From Eledone cirrhosa (lineage: Eukaryota): 64,000 bases of DNA. Within the stretch, counting starts at the first letter, position 1; every line of letters begins with the position of its first letter. Both the position numbers and the translations under genes were made by a program. Below the pieces are notes generated by a model. That model had not been told where the DNA came from. It made no database searches and saw nothing but the letters and a program-made list of their open reading frames with translations. This document shows positions 41,718 through 54,900 of this stretch, piece after piece. Location: NCBI GenBank assembly GCA_964016885.1, contig OZ024747.1:23436001-23500000 (forward strand). Reading direction: 5' to 3'.

Positions 41718-44700
41718 CTTGAGTTTGAGGGTATAAAATAAACCTTTCTTAAATTTCTTTCTCAAATTTTATATATGCTTTCATCAGAGAAAGACAGTTT
41801 CTCAATCAACCTTACTATTAAGAATGGTGATCTAATAGTTCTAGAGCAACCATTCAAATTCTTCAAGGATGCAGAGTTTATCGAGGGACAATGTCTAAGC
41901 TCTAACAAGAGAGGTCAGTTTTCCAAAGATGTCATTCACCCATTGGCAACTATTAATGTTCCAGACATCAATAAGTTGGTAAGTTGTGCATTTAGTTTTT
42001 ATTTCAGTTGTTGCTGTCATTGTTGTTTTATTTTTCTGTTTCATATCATGTTTTCTAAGCAGTAGTGTCAGTGGTTACAGGTTTTCAATGGGACAATCAC
42101 TGATTCATTGCATTTATAATAGTGAGACTAACAAGGGATTGTCTGTGCAAGTTGGGCAGAACAAATATCACATTTATACAAAAAGACAACATAATGTATT
42201 TTGTCTTTTTGTATGAGCATTGTATTGGGTAGTCAGGTATGAAATTTGTAGAAATTTTTATTTTGCCACAAATCTGTACAAATTTCATACTTGACAACCC
42301 AATACAATGCATCCTTTCTTAATTTAATATGATAGAGTATGATTTTAGGAATATTTGCCTGTTGTTTCTATTGGATCAAACAACCACATAGAGGTCTTCT
42401 CTAGTTTGGCTTTAACCCTTTAGCATTCACATTATTTTATATATACTATTATATTTTCATGGTAAAGGCTTTAACCGCACATTATTATCTCACATAATAT
42501 TGAATCTATGAGATTTTGAAAGTATTTATTTTGAGAACAATACCTTAACATCAATTTGAGCGACCAGTTACAGCCAGTTTCAACAGAAAGAGGTGAGAGA
42601 ATTCTGGCCGGTTTTGGCCGGTTTGAACACTAAAGGGTTAAGCAAACTTGGTTGTTGTCATTTAGCTTCAGAAATCTCTGTTCAAACAGATTTATGATTA
42701 ATGATGTTCTTGTTATAAATATTAGGTTGTTGTATATCAGTAACTACATTATTCAATATATCCCTTATTCAAAATGGTAAGGTATTATTTAAGGGAGATT
42801 TGTCTGCTATTTTCAGCAGGTCGAGCAATCATGTAAAAGCTCCCTTGCTGAACTCTGATCTCAACCAATATAGACTGATGTCACTTTACATAGAGGAAAT
42901 GCAGCACATAGATTAGCTCGTCATCTTCTCTACAAGAAAACAACTCTGTCTCTCTGACAATTTCTATTTCATTTGGTACATCTTAGAGACCATCAGCAAT
43001 GGAGGATGCAACCATTCTCATGACAAAGGGATCGTAATGGCTCTATTCAATGCTACATCCTCCATATATTTTCATGAGCAAGAAAACTGTAGAAATGGTG
43101 GTTATTTCATCGATGTAGATGCATGTGACGCTCAAACTGCCCCAATGAAAGGATTGCCAACCGACTTGCACAGAACTTTGATTACAGTGAGAGAGAGCTT
43201 TTCTAGGTAAACAGCCTCACTTTCTTGTCCTGACTTCCTGAAGCAGTGATAAGGCAAGATGAGATGACTGGTCATATACCAGGGATATACTGGAATGACC
43301 AGGTTAGTCAACATATCTCATCATACTCTGAGGTGTAAATTCCATTGTGACATTGCTGGATATTATTACTTTTATGTCTATGGTGGATTGGCAGTATTGG
43401 TAGAGGTTCGGATGCCATGCTTTGCAGCATAGAGTTACGACCCTTTACAGTCTGAGTTCAAATCCTGCCATGGTTAACTTTGCCTTTCATCCTTATGAGG
43501 TCAATAAAATAAAGTACCAGTAATGCACTGGGATAATTGCTGGCCTTGTGCCAAAAGTAGAAACAATTGTTACTTTTATGTTCATTTCTATCTGAAATCA
43601 CATAGAATATATTGAGATAAAATATATTTCAGAATATATTGGCCTCATATTTGAAAACCACAGAATGGTCACAAGAGTCAGTTGGAAGATTCTACAGTTA
43701 TTCCTTAGACGAGTATGGTAAAGATCATTTACAGTAAGTCACTCATCCCATTCTATTAAGTACTGTATTTCCCGGTGTTGAAGATGCTACTTTTTTCCTA
43801 AAATAAGTCTCAAAAATCTACCATATGTCCTGGAGGCCGAAGGTTGTTTATTATTTTTTTTTCAAATTGTTAGTTGTTAGTTGTCAAAATTAGGGTGTGT
43901 CCTCGAAGACGAAGCATCTTCAGCGCCAGGAAATATGGTAATTATATACATTGATAATTTGAATTAATCTATTTACTTATGTTCATAGACATTGAAACAT
44001 CTATAAATTAGTTTTTAACCTTTTCATTACCATACATAAAACATTAATTGGAAAGGTTTGAAGCAATGGGTGTATATAAATATTCGTAAAATTTAAGAAT
44101 TCACAGCGCAGAAGCTGTGAACAGCTGGATACTATTTTCATTCTCATTCTTCTTTCCTAGCGTTGGACAACAGAGATTTGATTCCTGTTGCATGGTCAAT
44201 AATTCTTGACTCAGTCTAGGCATAGTCCCTCCTCATGTGACAAACTATGTTGCAATATTATAGCGCAGAGGTTGACTTTGCCTTTCATCCTTACGGGGTA
44301 GATAAAATAAAGTACCAGTAATGCACTGGGTAATTGCTGGCCTTGTGCCTAAAGTAGAAACAATATTATAGCGCAGATTATTGATAGAGGGCTTATGATC
44401 CAAATAATGCCAAGTGCCTTATTCTTGTTAATCTCCATCTTTCTATCCATCTCTCTATCGCTCTAGTCCACATTTTTCTCCTCGCCTCCTCCTCCTCTCT
44501 TTCTCCCTTTAACCCCCTCTTTTCTCATCTCTTTCTTCCTCTCACACTCTCTGTTCAATTTGTGGTAATATCTTAAACCCCCACCCCAAAACATTTTACT
44601 ATGCAAATAGTATACAGCTGGTAGCGGCTACCTTCTGCGCTGAGAATAATCAAATTTTACGAATATTCGTATACATGGCTTAGTGGTTAGAGCATTGGCC

Positions 44701-47700
44701 TTGCAATCGAAAGGTTGTGAGTTCAATTCTCAGACCGGGTGATGTGTTGTTTCCTTGAGCAAGACACTTTATTTCACATTGCTCCAGTTTACTCAGCTGT
44801 AGAAATGAGATGATAGGACTGGGGTCCCTATCATTCCACTGCAAAGTGCTTGTGGAGGTGCCACGGCAAAAAAGCACCCAGCACTCACTGTAAATGAGGT
44901 TGGTGTTAGGAAGGGCATCCAGCTGTAGAAATCAAGCCAGAATCAGTTCCCGTCCCACCCTTGCAAGCAGTGACAAGCGGACGTAAAATGATGATGATGA
45001 TGATACATAAGTTTATATACACATTTATATATATATACTCAATATAGAGAAATAGAGCATTATCTCAATGGGAGACTCGATAATGATGATGATGATATTT
45101 AATCCAACACTCTACAGCCTCACACATCTTTATTAATCTCTTCACTGCTAATTATACTACAGAACTTACCTTACACTTCCTGTGATCCACCAGGACAGAA
45201 ACAAGTTATCTTTAATGAAAGCTTTAAAATATAATTCGATGCTGTCAATTAATAGCCTTGTATAAACATTACCTGTTATCACAGGATATTTTCATAACAC
45301 CATCCATCATCACACAATTTCATTTAACCCGTAAATTTTTCCATTGTTCCAGAGCACCTGAAAGTGGTGTGACAAAACTTTTAGCCAGAACATCAATAAG
45401 AAGAAATGGTTTGCATGAACCTTGGAAACACACTAAGGACCCGATCAAGCAGCCTCTATGTAGGAAGATTCAACAGAGAGCAGACTTGAAGTATTGTGCT
45501 TGTAAAATATTCCATGGTGAGACTTTTATGTGACACATTCTTATTTAATCCTTCAGCATTCACATTGCACTATATTTACTATTGTATTTTCACATAAAAG
45601 GCTTTACCTCACATAATATCAAATCTATGAGATTTTAGTATTATTTATTTTGAGAACAATTTCTTAACATCAGTGTGAGTGGCCAGTTACAATCAGTTTG
45701 AACTAAAAGAGGTGAGAGAATTCTGGCCGGATACAGCCAGTTTAAATGCTAAAGAGTTAATGTCAAACATAATATATTTGCAATTGTGGCAGAACAATGG
45801 ATTGGCAGAATTGTTACAGTGTTAGATAAAGGTATTTGTTCTAGCTCTTTAAATTCTGAGTTCAAGTCCTGCTGAGGTCAACTTTGTTTTTCATCTTTCC
45901 AAGATCAATAAAATATAGTACCAGTCAAATACTGGGGTAATTCAATAAACTTTACACACTCCCTAATTTGCTGACCTTGTACCTAAATTAGGAATCGGTC
46001 CATATATACATTTATTTCATGCCATACTAAAGCATTTAACTAGTAATAAGAATAATAGACTCTATACAGCATTGATATATCCAAAATACTAAGTTTACTC
46101 AGCTTCTTTCACAGATAATTAAACTCTTTTTCATACCTGCCTTGTTGTTTACAGCAATTCTAACATATATGGAAGACATCAAAAGAATAGAAGCAATCTC
46201 TGATATTCTATTGGCTACTGACAAGATATTTGAAATTGCAATACGGAATGTAAGTTTATAATGTGTTCTTTGAAGTTTTAGCAGTATAGTCTCACTAACT
46301 GAAGGCACATGGCTTAGTGGTTAGAGTGTCGAGCTTACAATCATGAGGTTGTGAGTTTGATTCTCGGACCGGGCTTTGAATTGTGTTCTTGAGCAAAACA
46401 TTTTATTTCAGCTTATTTAGCTGCAGAAATGAATTGCGATGTCACGGGTACCAAGCTGTACTGACATTTGCCTCTCCCTTGGACAACATCGCTGGAGTGG
46501 AGAGGGGACACTGGTATGCATGGGCGACTGCTGGTCTTCCACAAAAGAACCTTGCCCGGACTTGTGCTGCAGAAGGGAACTTTCTAGGTGCAAATCCCAT
46601 GGTCATTCATGACCAAAGGGAGTCTTTACCCTTACCTCACTAATATCTATTATGTAAGTAGTAAGTTGATAATTAAGTAACCAGAGTCACAGTTGATTGA
46701 AACTACTGAACTATGTTCTAGTTCAAAGTCGTCTTCTCTGCTTACTTCTACTAATAAACACGACTACTGATGAAGTATGCTTGATTATAGATTATAAACT
46801 AGAAATTTTCAAAGTTGGATGTGTAGTGTTAAAGATTATGAATGACAAAGCATGGATGAACTGAAAGAACAACTGGATATAAGAGGAATCAGATGTAGTG
46901 TGAAAGATATAAGACTGTGCTGGTATGGACATGTGGTGCATATGGATGATGATTGTTGGGTAAAGAAGTACCAAGATATCCAAGGGGAAGGAAAGTGTCA
47001 TAAAGGAAGACTGGCTCTACAGTTTTCTCTACTAATGTTTTTAACCATTAATATGTTGCTAAGATTCTATGAGCGTGAATGCAATTTCCTGTTTTTAATT
47101 TTGTTTTTTGTTGAGCAATGAAACCTGGGTCTTTTACTGGAGAAGATGCCACACAGTTTTTATATTTCCTTTAGAACCATTGTGGTAGAATTAATTCTTG
47201 AGTACACTTAATCTGTCAATAACTTAATGGCACTACCATCAAGCCCTTGACAACCTTTAGTGAGGTCCCTCAAAAAAGGTCATGGATTTGCCCTTCTTCC
47301 TCTGATTTAAACCATTAAAAAAAATATGATGACATGATATTTTCTTAACTTATTTTACTTTGTAAAGATTCTTTTCCATTTTCCATTTTTTCCCTGAACA
47401 GAAACATTTGCGTAACGAAATTTATGTCCAGCTTATCAAACAGTTGTCCGAAAACGATCAGGCGTAAGTTTGCTTATATTACATTATTGAAACAAGAGGC
47501 AGACGATATAAGGTGTGGGGAGGGATGGGGCTGTATGACAATGAAACATGCTGAGGAATAATCTGAGCAGGAATCTGCACTAAATGAGTGAATTTCAAAA
47601 GTAGCTCAATATCAAAGGTACAGGCTGGTGTGTGTGTGTGAGAGAGAGAGAGAGAGATTCAAATGGATGATACATGCTTTATCATCATCAACACTGTTTA

Positions 47701-50700
47701 ACATCTATTTTTCATGCATGCATCTTACAGATGTTTAAACTAAACATCAACTATATAAATATTATCATTCCTAGAAGACTTATATAGATCACAGACACAA
47801 AATGATGGTTAAGGACAAAGATGCTGTATTTTAGATTAATCCATCATACACTAACTTGGAAAGACAGTTACTAAAATGTAAATGATGATTAAAGTCAATG
47901 CATTTGAATCAAACAAAGCATTATATTTGATCCATCATTATCATCTTCATTAAATGTTTATTTCCCATGCTTGCTTGGGTTAAACAGGCTATCATATCCA
48001 GTCAGGTGACCACATCTTGCTTGTTCATTCCACATTTGGCTTGATTTCTACAATACCAATCATGTGACAGTGTTTACTGGGAGCACTTTGGGGGACTCCA
48101 GCACTACCACCTTACAGGGTCCACATGGTGCATTTTGTCATGGCATCACAACTATCACTTTACAGTGTAGGCTGAAAGTGTTTTGTTGTGACACCAACAG
48201 TACCACTAGAGCGCTCATTTTGTCATATGTCTGATGTGACTTCATTTTTTAATTTGATAATGTATTTATGACAATCTGACTTGATACCTCAGCACCACAT
48301 AGCCCAGTATGGCCAGATTTAGGGAGTGTTGGAGGGGTTCCTCCAATGGAATTTAGATTTGGAATGTATTTCATTAGATATGACATGAAATAAGGCATTT
48401 CATCTAAATGTATCAATAAAATCAAAGGACGTCTGCAACAAATCATTCATTTCTAATTTCTCCTAGGACAATAACTATTTTTTGTAGAAAAAAGTACACA
48501 ACAAAACACAAACAAACAAACAAAAACGAATCATTTCAGAAGAATTCTTTACATGTTAAATCTTGGAGGTTTTACATTTATTTCAATTACATCATATTAT
48601 CTTTCTAAAACAGAGCAAGTCGAAATAAAGGCTGGGTTCTTATGTATTTATTAACTGGTTGTATAGTACCACAGGAAGATATGTATCAAGAGCTGTTGAA
48701 ATTCCTGCAAGTTAGTGAAAGTTATTTGGCTGAACATTGTTTCAATCGAATAAGGACTCTAAAAGTGTAAGTATATATAGAGATAAGTACTACATTTGTT
48801 GTTAACTAATTGATATATATATATATATGAAATGATAAAGGTCTAACCTATAGCTTTAAAGCTTATATATTATACATACACATTTTATAAATAAATAAAT
48901 AAACACAGCTAATGTGTGTGTGTGTAACAAAGTAAACGACATAGTACTAAGAAAAAATATATTAGTGAAATGCTTGAGATAATAGGGAGAGAGTCTTAGC
49001 GTTTCAGACGTTAGTCCTTCATCAGAAAATAGAATGATAAATTAAAGAAGAAATAGAAAGATTGAGGTGATGGGAATGATGATCATGATGATTATATACG
49101 TTTTTTTATATATTTATACAGGACTGGCACTCGGGTGTATCCTCCACATACATTGGAACATTTGTCTGTATCTTCTCACTCCATAGACCCTATAAAGCTT
49201 GAAGTCATATTGTCAGATTCTTCACATCTGGTATGGTGATCATAAGAATTATTTCTAAAGTATTTCACATTCTGTCTTAAAGAAATGTTGTGGCTATTTC
49301 TAATTGGATGAAGGGCAGCATAGAGGCTTTCACTATGTTGTATACAACAAACCATATTTATTTTTAGAGAAAGTTACTTGTATACACTATGGCACAAAAA
49401 TAACCAATTTAGCTATCATGTCCATCATAAAGCAATTTCTCTTTGTTTATCACAGATTATTAACCCTTTCATGATAATATCTGTAATAAAATACACCTTA
49501 TTTATCGGCCAGTGGGATGTAAACAGTTTTTCCATCCCTAGGAGTTTGTAATCTCAACTTGTTCGACTATTTTCCATAGTAAAAAAAATCCTACCTTGAA
49601 ATAGCTTATTTTAAGCTAATATACATTCAAAATTAATAATTTGTTCAATGCTTCATAAATACAATTGGTTGTTTACATCTACTGACTGATAGATAAGGTT
49701 TAAAAATGATGGGTAAGAGGTCAGCCCCACTTTGGTACAATGGTAGTGCAGCCATCCAGCATAAAGCAGGTGATGCTGTCCACTTTTTCTAAGAGCTTAT
49801 AAACCCTAAAATACATTCAAAATTTATTTATTTATATCTTTATTTATTTATTTATTTTACTTATTTTGTACTTACAGAAACTGGAAGTGTTTTCACATTC
49901 TAAGGTAATGGATGTATGTGATACTATTGTCAGTAAACTAGGCTTAAAATATGGTTTTGGATATAGTTTGTTTCTAAAAACCAAACAGAGAGGTAAGCTC
50001 TTATCATTGTTGCATAATAACCTACAATATATAACCCTTTTGATACCAATTAACCATACACAACCCCTGATTCTATGAAACAAAACTGCTTATTTTAAAC
50101 GGTTAAATTAAAATCTTCAAACATAATTTTATATAAGAACCATATGAAACAATAATTTTAGTAAATCCCTACAAATTCTTCATGAATTAATTGAAATAGA
50201 GTGTATTTCTTTAGATATCATCATCATCATCATCACCGTTTTGCGTCCATTCTTCCACACTAGCATGTGTTAGATGGGTTGTCCTGTTGTGGGCAATGCC
50301 AGGTCAGGTGACCATGTCTTGCTCATACAGAACTGATTTTGGCTTGATTTCTACAGTTGGATGCCCTTCCTAACACCAACCTTTTTTTAAATTATTATTA
50401 TTATTATTATTATTATTATTTGTCTCTGTCAACCCTTGTGGTTAATAAAGAAAGCATTATAATTTGTCTCTGTTTGCACATGCGTTTGTGTGTGTGTGTA
50501 TTCTGTTTGGTGTGGACTCTATTATTTTTATGTAGTTTTATCCATGAAATATATTTGAGTATTTTGAAATAAAATAATTTAATGAAATCTATAAAGAAAA
50601 AGAAAAATTAAATTAAATTATAATTACTGTCTATCTTGTTTATCTCCACAGTTATACCACTCTCAGATAATGACTATATCATGGACGTTTTGGCACATAT

Positions 50701-51850
50701 AGAAGTATATTTTATGTCCCAACCAGTACAAGTAAAAGACAAATGTAAGTATGAAATATCCCTTCACAAAGTAGTTTTATAATCATATTATTTCATATTA
50801 TAATAGTACATCATACCACATAATGCTATACTAAATATATTGTGCAATATTATTTCCCTTTTACTGCATATTTAAGTATATTTCGGATTTTTAATACTTT
50901 ATGACGTAACTATACAATATATACAAAAAGATGCATATGTGTATATATCTACACACATGCATGCATAGACATACACACACACGCACACAATCATATGTTA
51001 TATCCACAATGATGATGATCACCCAGCAGATGAGACAGAAATGAGGCTTTCAGAGAAGAACACATTGTATTACCCATATCTTCTCTATGAAAGCTCAAAC
51101 TCAGAACTTACAAATATAATAACATCCATTTACTACATAGTTCCTCTACTAATAACAATGTTAAATTGAACAAGTACTGGGTAATTGCTTTATATGAAAC
51201 TAAGTACCGCAAAGCATTTTGTTTGACTCTCTACCTACACTGCCAACCCACTGCATTAGATTAAAATTGAAAGTAATCAGGAATCTTATTCAAAGAAATT
51301 TACAAAAGAAAATATTACCTTCTTATCCTCTTTTGTCTGGGCAGGTATACAGTAACTTTTTGGTACGCAGAACAACTTTTCTTTCCTAGAGACCAAACCA
51401 AAATGATTGGAATAAACTTTAAGTTCCTAACTCTTTAGGCTGTAATCCAAATTAGTAAATTCACACATCTAACCAAATTCTATGTTCAAAATACTATTCT
51501 TTTATTAGTTCAATCATTGATTTTAGTCAACTATATCATAATGGTTTCTGATTTAGGCACAAGGCAATCTTGGGAGAGGAGAAAGTCAATTAAATTGACC
51601 CCAGTGCATTACCAGTACTTTATTTTATAGACTTCTTTAGAATGAAAGACAAAGCTAACCGTAGCAGAATGTAAAGGGTTATAACTATGCCATGAAGCAC
51701 GGTGTTTAACACACTACAGATACTGCCAACTGTATCACCAGTACTTACTTCATCAACTTCAATATAAAGGGACATAATGCAGATGGAACTGCTAGGTATT
51801 TTTGTTTGATGCACCAGATCTGTTTATCCCAACAGTCTCGAAAGACCTGT

Positions 51851-51907
<57 letters not shown>

Positions 51908-54900
51908 GTTTTTCCTTTTAAAATATTTCAGATTGCAATAATGAAAATAAAAATATTTATTTGTTTTTAAATGTTTCAGCATTTAAATTTCAATACATGA
52001 AAAAACTTTGGTCATTGGACGAGTTAAGGGAAGATTTTGAAGCAGATGCCATTTTTAGCTACAACCAGGTGGGGATTTCACTGACTGTTCTTGTTCATCA
52101 TCATCCTCATTGCCATTTACAGCTGCTTTTCCACGCTTTCATAGGCTGGATATAAAACATTGGAGATGAGAGACAAAGATTTTTTTTTTCTCTTCTATAT
52201 TTCAGTGATTTGAGATCAACCCTCTCAGCTTCTGCTTAGGTTTTCCTTGGTCTTCTACTGCAGCTACTTTCCCTTGAGATTTTCTGGCATTTCTTTATCC
52301 AATGATCATCATCCATATGCATTATGTATACATACCAGCACAGTCTTCTCTCTTGCACAAAACATCTGATTCATCTTATACCCAGTTTTTTTCTCAACTC
52401 ATTCATGCTTTGTTGTTTACACATTAACATTGCACATCCATCAAAGCATGCTTGCAGCCTTTACATATCTTCAGCCTTTACATATCTCCAGCCTTTACAT
52501 ATCTTTTGCATTCACACCCCCATCTCTAACTACCATGCAACATTGCACACCACACGATGGCAACATACGGCCAGCCTTTCATTCATAGAGAGATGCCTTT
52601 TAATTGTTGCAGCTGATAATTGTCTTATATAAACTGTTATACAACAGTCATAGAAGAGTTCATAGGTACCGTACAGAGTATACCATATTTACCACATTGA
52701 ATTTAAGCCTTTTTCATTAGCTTGGATATTAGGAAGAGAGAGAATGTGATGTCACTTTGTTGGTGGGAGTAAAATGGCAAAAGCCTGAAACATTGGACTT
52801 CTCTCTTCAGTTGAATTTACTAAGTTCTTCCATAAACTCTGACATTGAATTAGCACTACTTTAGTTAACCCTTTTGTGATAATTTTATAATGAAATATAA
52901 CTTATTTCAATTAATTCATGAGCAATTTTGAGGGATTTACAAAAGTTATTAATTATTTCATTATTAAGATAGAAACCTAACATATGGTTCTTATGAAAAA
53001 TTATGTTGGAAAATTTTAATTTAAATAGGAACCTTCTAGAATGGGTGGCTTTGTTTCATAGAGCTGGAGGTAATTTTCACCAGGTTTGTATCAAATGGGT
53101 TGACAGAATGAAGTCAAAGAGCTGATCATTCATATACTATTAGTGGCACTCTGCTATGTTCATAAAGAGGACAATTAGTCAGAAGTAGGATGTCAGAATG
53201 TAAGAGCTGCTCATTTATCAGCATATCCTGAGAATTCTGGACCTAAGTTATAAATAAATAACTTTTAATGCAAGACATTTTCCTTCTTTTTTTACTTGTT
53301 TTTTCACAGGACCTTCCAAATTATATTGCTGGCTTTCATGAGTGTTCAGTTAATATTGCTGTAAAACTGTCGGCCTTAATTTTCAAAACAACTCATGAAA
53401 ATACAGAACTAGATACAAAAACTTTCAGGTAACTTTGAAATATTGTGATGATAATTTCTATACTATGGCCATATCTTCTGTACTGTGGTGATATCTATAG
53501 CAATATCTTCTGTACTGCAGTGATATCTATAGCAATATCTTCCATACTGTGGCTATATCTTCTGTACTACCATGAAATCTTTGGTACTATGGCAATATCT
53601 TCTGTACTACCATGAAATCTTTGGTACTATGGCCATATCTTCTGTACTACCATGAAATCTTTGGTACTATGGCCATATCTTCTGTACTGCGATGATATCT
53701 ATAGCAATATCTTCCATACTGTGGCAATATTTTCTGTACTGCCGTGAAATCTTTGGTACTATGGCCATATCTTCTGTACTGCAGTGATATCTATAGCAAT
53801 ATCTTCCATACTGTGGCAATATCTTCTGTACTGCCATGAAATCTTAGGTACTATGGCCATATCTTCTGTGCTATGATAATTTTATTTTCTCTGTTGTTAT
53901 CATACCAATGATGACATTTTCAATAAGTTTAGCAGAAAAATATGTATTTAAAAAAATTCCTGACATTTTAAGCGCCTCCCAGGCTAATGAGATTGACATA
54001 ATTAATAATTGTTTCTATTTTTGGCACAAGGCGACCCAGTGCATTGCTGATACTTTATTTTATCGACCCTGTAAGGATGAAATGCAAAGTTAACCTCGGT
54101 GGGATTTGAACTCAGAATGGCAAGGGTTGTAACTCTATGCGTCAAAGCATGGCGTCCGACACTCTACCAATACTGCCAATTCACCGCCCCTTGACATAAT
54201 TAATAATAGAGGTGTATATGAAAATATATACAATATGTTTATGTATAATATGCATACATATGTCTCACTCTGAATGTTGTAAGCGGTGGATCATGTCATA
54301 TTTCAGTAGCCATGTGAAAATGTCAGACACATATTTCAGGATTTTTATCCAGCATTGGTGACATTTACTCACTCAGCACTAAGACAGTAATAAGCTTATA
54401 TATTTTTTATGAATAAAACATCTGTGTTTGTTTTTATTATTTCTGTTATTTTTTCCTCCCATTTTAAGGGAAGTATTAATACCAGAGAAATTCATACCCA
54501 CCCAGACAAAAGAGGATTGGATGAAGGTAATATTTTCTTTCGTAAAATTCTTTGAATAATGATTACTTTCAATTTTAATCTAATGTGGTGGGTTGGAGTG
54601 TAAGTAGAGAGTTAAACAAAATCCTTTGCGGCATTTAGCTATGACTTTTATGTATTTAGTGAAGGCACATGGCTTAGTGGTTAGAGCATTGGACTTGCAA
54701 TCGAAAGGTTGTGAGTTCAATTCTCTGACCAGGTGATATGTTGTGTCCTTGAGCAAGACACTTTATTTCATGTTGCTCCAGTTTACTCAGCTGTAGAAAT
54801 GAGTGGCGATCCTGCCAAATCAATGGGTGGCAGTAGTTGCAGCTGCATGCATCGAAAGACTGGTGTAGTGGTTCTGAGAACAATGCAGCTTTGCAGATGA

